DNA from: Macrostomum lignano
Lineage: Eukaryota
Direction: 5' to 3'
Length of the DNA: 64,000 nucleotides
Assembly (NCBI GenBank): GCA_002269645.1
Contig: NIVC01001110.1
Location: forward strand, 62,001-126,000
Under the pieces are notes generated by a model. That model saw only the letters and a list, made by a program, of their open reading frames with translations, did no database searches and was not told where the DNA came from. Shown piece by piece: positions 61,386 to 64,000 of this stretch (positions are counted from its first letter, which is position 1; each line of letters begins with the position of its first letter). The translations under genes and the position numbers were made by a program.

Positions 61386-62255
61386 TGATAGCAATAATAA
61401 TATCTATAGGGTCTGATAACCACAAGAATGCCCGTAATAATAACTATACGTCGTAAACTTAACTCAGTTTATTTAATAGTATATTAATAGTACAAATACT
61501 GTCGTATTTTATTCTCGCAGTCATTTCTACCATGCTACCAGGATGCAAATATTAGCGTTAGAAGGTGGATGACGCTGGGATGCTGAAAGTAAAAAACAAT
61601 TTTGAATAGTTTTGTGTGCGTTGAATCCGCTGCATTTTGGACGTACTTTTAAAATCGTACGATGCTGTTTTCTTAGAAAATTAACTTAATAGTTTGTTAT
61701 AATAAATATAAGGCCGTATTCGTTTATCAAGCGGAAATAGCTGTCCGTTTTTTGTCGATTTTTTTTACATTTTATTCAAACTTTAGGCAGCATTATTAAA
61801 GACAGGTTTAGTTGGCTAGGCTTTCAAAGTCTGACAGTTTTCACCGCTGAATATTTTTACTTTTGCACCGGAGCTGGGCGAATCTGGTTAAACCTTTTTC
61901 TCTGTATATAGATCCTGCAGCTGGCCTGATGCGGAACAATTCTTGAATTAGGATTTCAGGTGGATCGTTAGCTGGTAGATTTTCTGGGAGATCTGTGTTC
62001 CCTCCCGCCTCCGCCAGGAGTGTCATTCATCACGCGCCTGTCTGGCCGGGGCGGACCTCCCGCTGACAAGCTGCAGCGGGTAGGAGGAAAGCCTATGGGG
62101 GGATTAAGGGATTAAGGAGGCCGCTATTTCGAATCGCACTATTTTTTAGAGACATTCACCGCCACACTGTGTGGGCAGTTTAAAGTTTCCAGTGCTTACA
62201 AGGGGTAGAGATCTTGTGCGATGGGTGTCACAGGGATGGCCATGATCCAGAACTT

Positions 62256-62552
62256 GGGGTTGTAGGCTTTTGGTTAGAGCGTCGGGCTCAACTGGCAGGT
62301 CGGGGGTTCGATTCCCGGAACCACTCGGAACAATTTGTGTCCTTGAGCAAGACACTTAACTCTGCATTGCTTCAGTTCACCGAGCTGTAAAATGGGTGCC
62401 AGCATTAGCTGGGGTAATTGAGGCTGTGTGTGGCGACCCCTTTAGACTGAACAGCCGTACGCAGCCTTCAGATGCACCGCGCAATAGCTGCGGCTGAGCT
62501 GTCGGTTGCACATCTGTCCATCAGGGCAGGTAAAATTAATTATTATTATTAA
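62256..62552 (+). mobile_element. tRNA-derived SINE with a CORE (MIR-like) domain
   Basis: A-box-like TGGTTAGAGCG, B box GGTTCGATTCC (62305-62315), central TGTCCTTGAGCAAGACACTTAAC...TTCAGTT...CTGTAAAATGGG resembling the MIR/CORE consensus as I recall it, and a (TTA)n tail. Boundaries are approximate. Confidence 0.75.
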
Positions 62553-64000
62553 CATTATATTATGAACCTGAACTTGGTTGGAGTAACAATTCTTTCATTG
62601 ATAAGTCATCAATCTCTGCATCAACAGTTGGTAGGTTTTGTCTGTTCCAGACTCTATTTGAAAATCTCCTTGGGTGCAGCCCCCCCCCCCAGTTTTCCTG
62701 GCGGTAAACCGTCTTTTTTATCAATTCGATCTTTCAAAGAATTTACAGAGGCTGGGTCCGGCGACTGAACTTTCTTCTTCCTAATCTTCTTGCCCTGTTG
62801 CTGGCTGGCCCCATCTATTATACAGACTGCATGCTGTTTTTCCCCAGCAGATTGGCTTTGTTAGTTCGCACCCGAATAGCATTTCCGTGTCCGCAGCGTC
62901 TTGTCTGCCTTCTGCACGTATTTTTTCAGCTGTGTTGTAATCCGACAAACGCTCTTCGAAAAATTGTATTTCTGTTTAGAATCGGAAAAATCTGGGGAGA
63001 ACAGCTTTTGGCGGTATTTATTGCTTTATTAGAAGAACGACTCCATAATGCTGGTTTATGACGAAGTTTTTTATTCTTTAAGCTTGCCTTATTAGCTTAT
63101 AAAATTTAGCAATTTACCTCCTTTTTGTACTTTTATAGCTACTAGCTTTCAGTAGTTTAATAATATCGCAGGCTTTGAACTGCGTACCAGCTGAAAAGTT
63201 GGCACCGTATGAGTCATGCTTGTCCTAAATTGAATCGATTGATCAGCCCAACTAAGTTATTATTAGTACTAAGAGTTGTTGAATTGGCACGTCAGTGCAA
63301 TGCTGCAAAGTGTTTGTTGCGGCCCTCAAATTTATTCTCTTCTTTTAGTAATTCGCAGCCGCTGCCAAACCTGGTGAGAGAACAAAGAGTGCCAAAAAAA
63401 ATTGCAGCCATAAATTATGCTTCGGCTCCGTCCCAAATGGTTTTAGCCGAGTCACTTGCCAATAGGGGTCCCTCCCCTCTCTTCCCTGTCCTTTCCTGTC
63501 TTTCTGGTGCCAAGGGCTTATAAGCGGCTCTAGAGACTAAACATCTGGCCTAGCGGGCTGGGAATACTAATCAAATAGGATGAAAGAAAGGCTAGCGCGG
63601 GATTGTGGTTGGATAGGGGATGAATCTTCCAGTGGGAAAAATTGCTACTAAAGAAAGAGTCTCCAGGATCTTCGTACCTATTTGTGTGTGGGTGTATAAG
63701 TGTAGGCACTGCCAGAGCTCGGGGTTGGTTAGCAAATATTAGGAAGCCTTCGTCAGCAAGATTAGGGAGTTGTTTGATTTGTTATAAAAGGGGAGTCCGT
63801 CCACGGGAAGGTTTTCAGGGCGAGCCCCCCCTCCCCCGACTGACTTATGTGGCTGCCGCCTTTTCACCCCCCGTCCCAACAGCTAACTCTAGTGTGCTGT
63901 GACAATGAGACCCCGGTGATTCATTCATCTGGCTTGGGGGAATTTTCAACTGGGGCGTGGCGGAAGGCGCGGCAAAAGAGGAAGGGGAGGTGGAATGCTT

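Noticed and set aside
61840-64000. Short ORFs and a possible element near the window end, outside the SINE
   Set aside because: No recognisable domain, termini or consistent splice pattern.

Overview
Eukaryotic (metazoan) DNA with GC-rich exons set in AT-rich, minisatellite-laden introns. The style suggests a Macrostomum-like flatworm, but that is inference only. Exons were joined by hand using GT/AG sites and phase checks. Host genes, all on the + strand: hunchback (3 exons, 8 C2H2 fingers, 972 aa), an intronless divergent class A GPCR (380 aa), cyclin T (5 exons, 508 aa, 15.5 kb first intron), the terminal exon of an unidentified multi-pass membrane protein, and DHX9/RNA helicase A (9 exons, 1326 aa). 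Mobile elements: a complete Mutator-like element with TIRs and an 8-bp TSD, whose spliced transposase carries an N-terminal PHD finger that the ORF track misses; a complete TTAA-flanked piggyBac just after the cyclin T stop codon; two head-to-tail non-autonomous Helitrons carrying satellite arrays; a hAT-like hairpin MITE; two LINE fragments; and a CORE-type SINE. More than 20 distinct tandem arrays account for most of the long ORFs in the track, and those ORFs are artefacts. No CRISPR, rRNA or intact tRNA gene was found.
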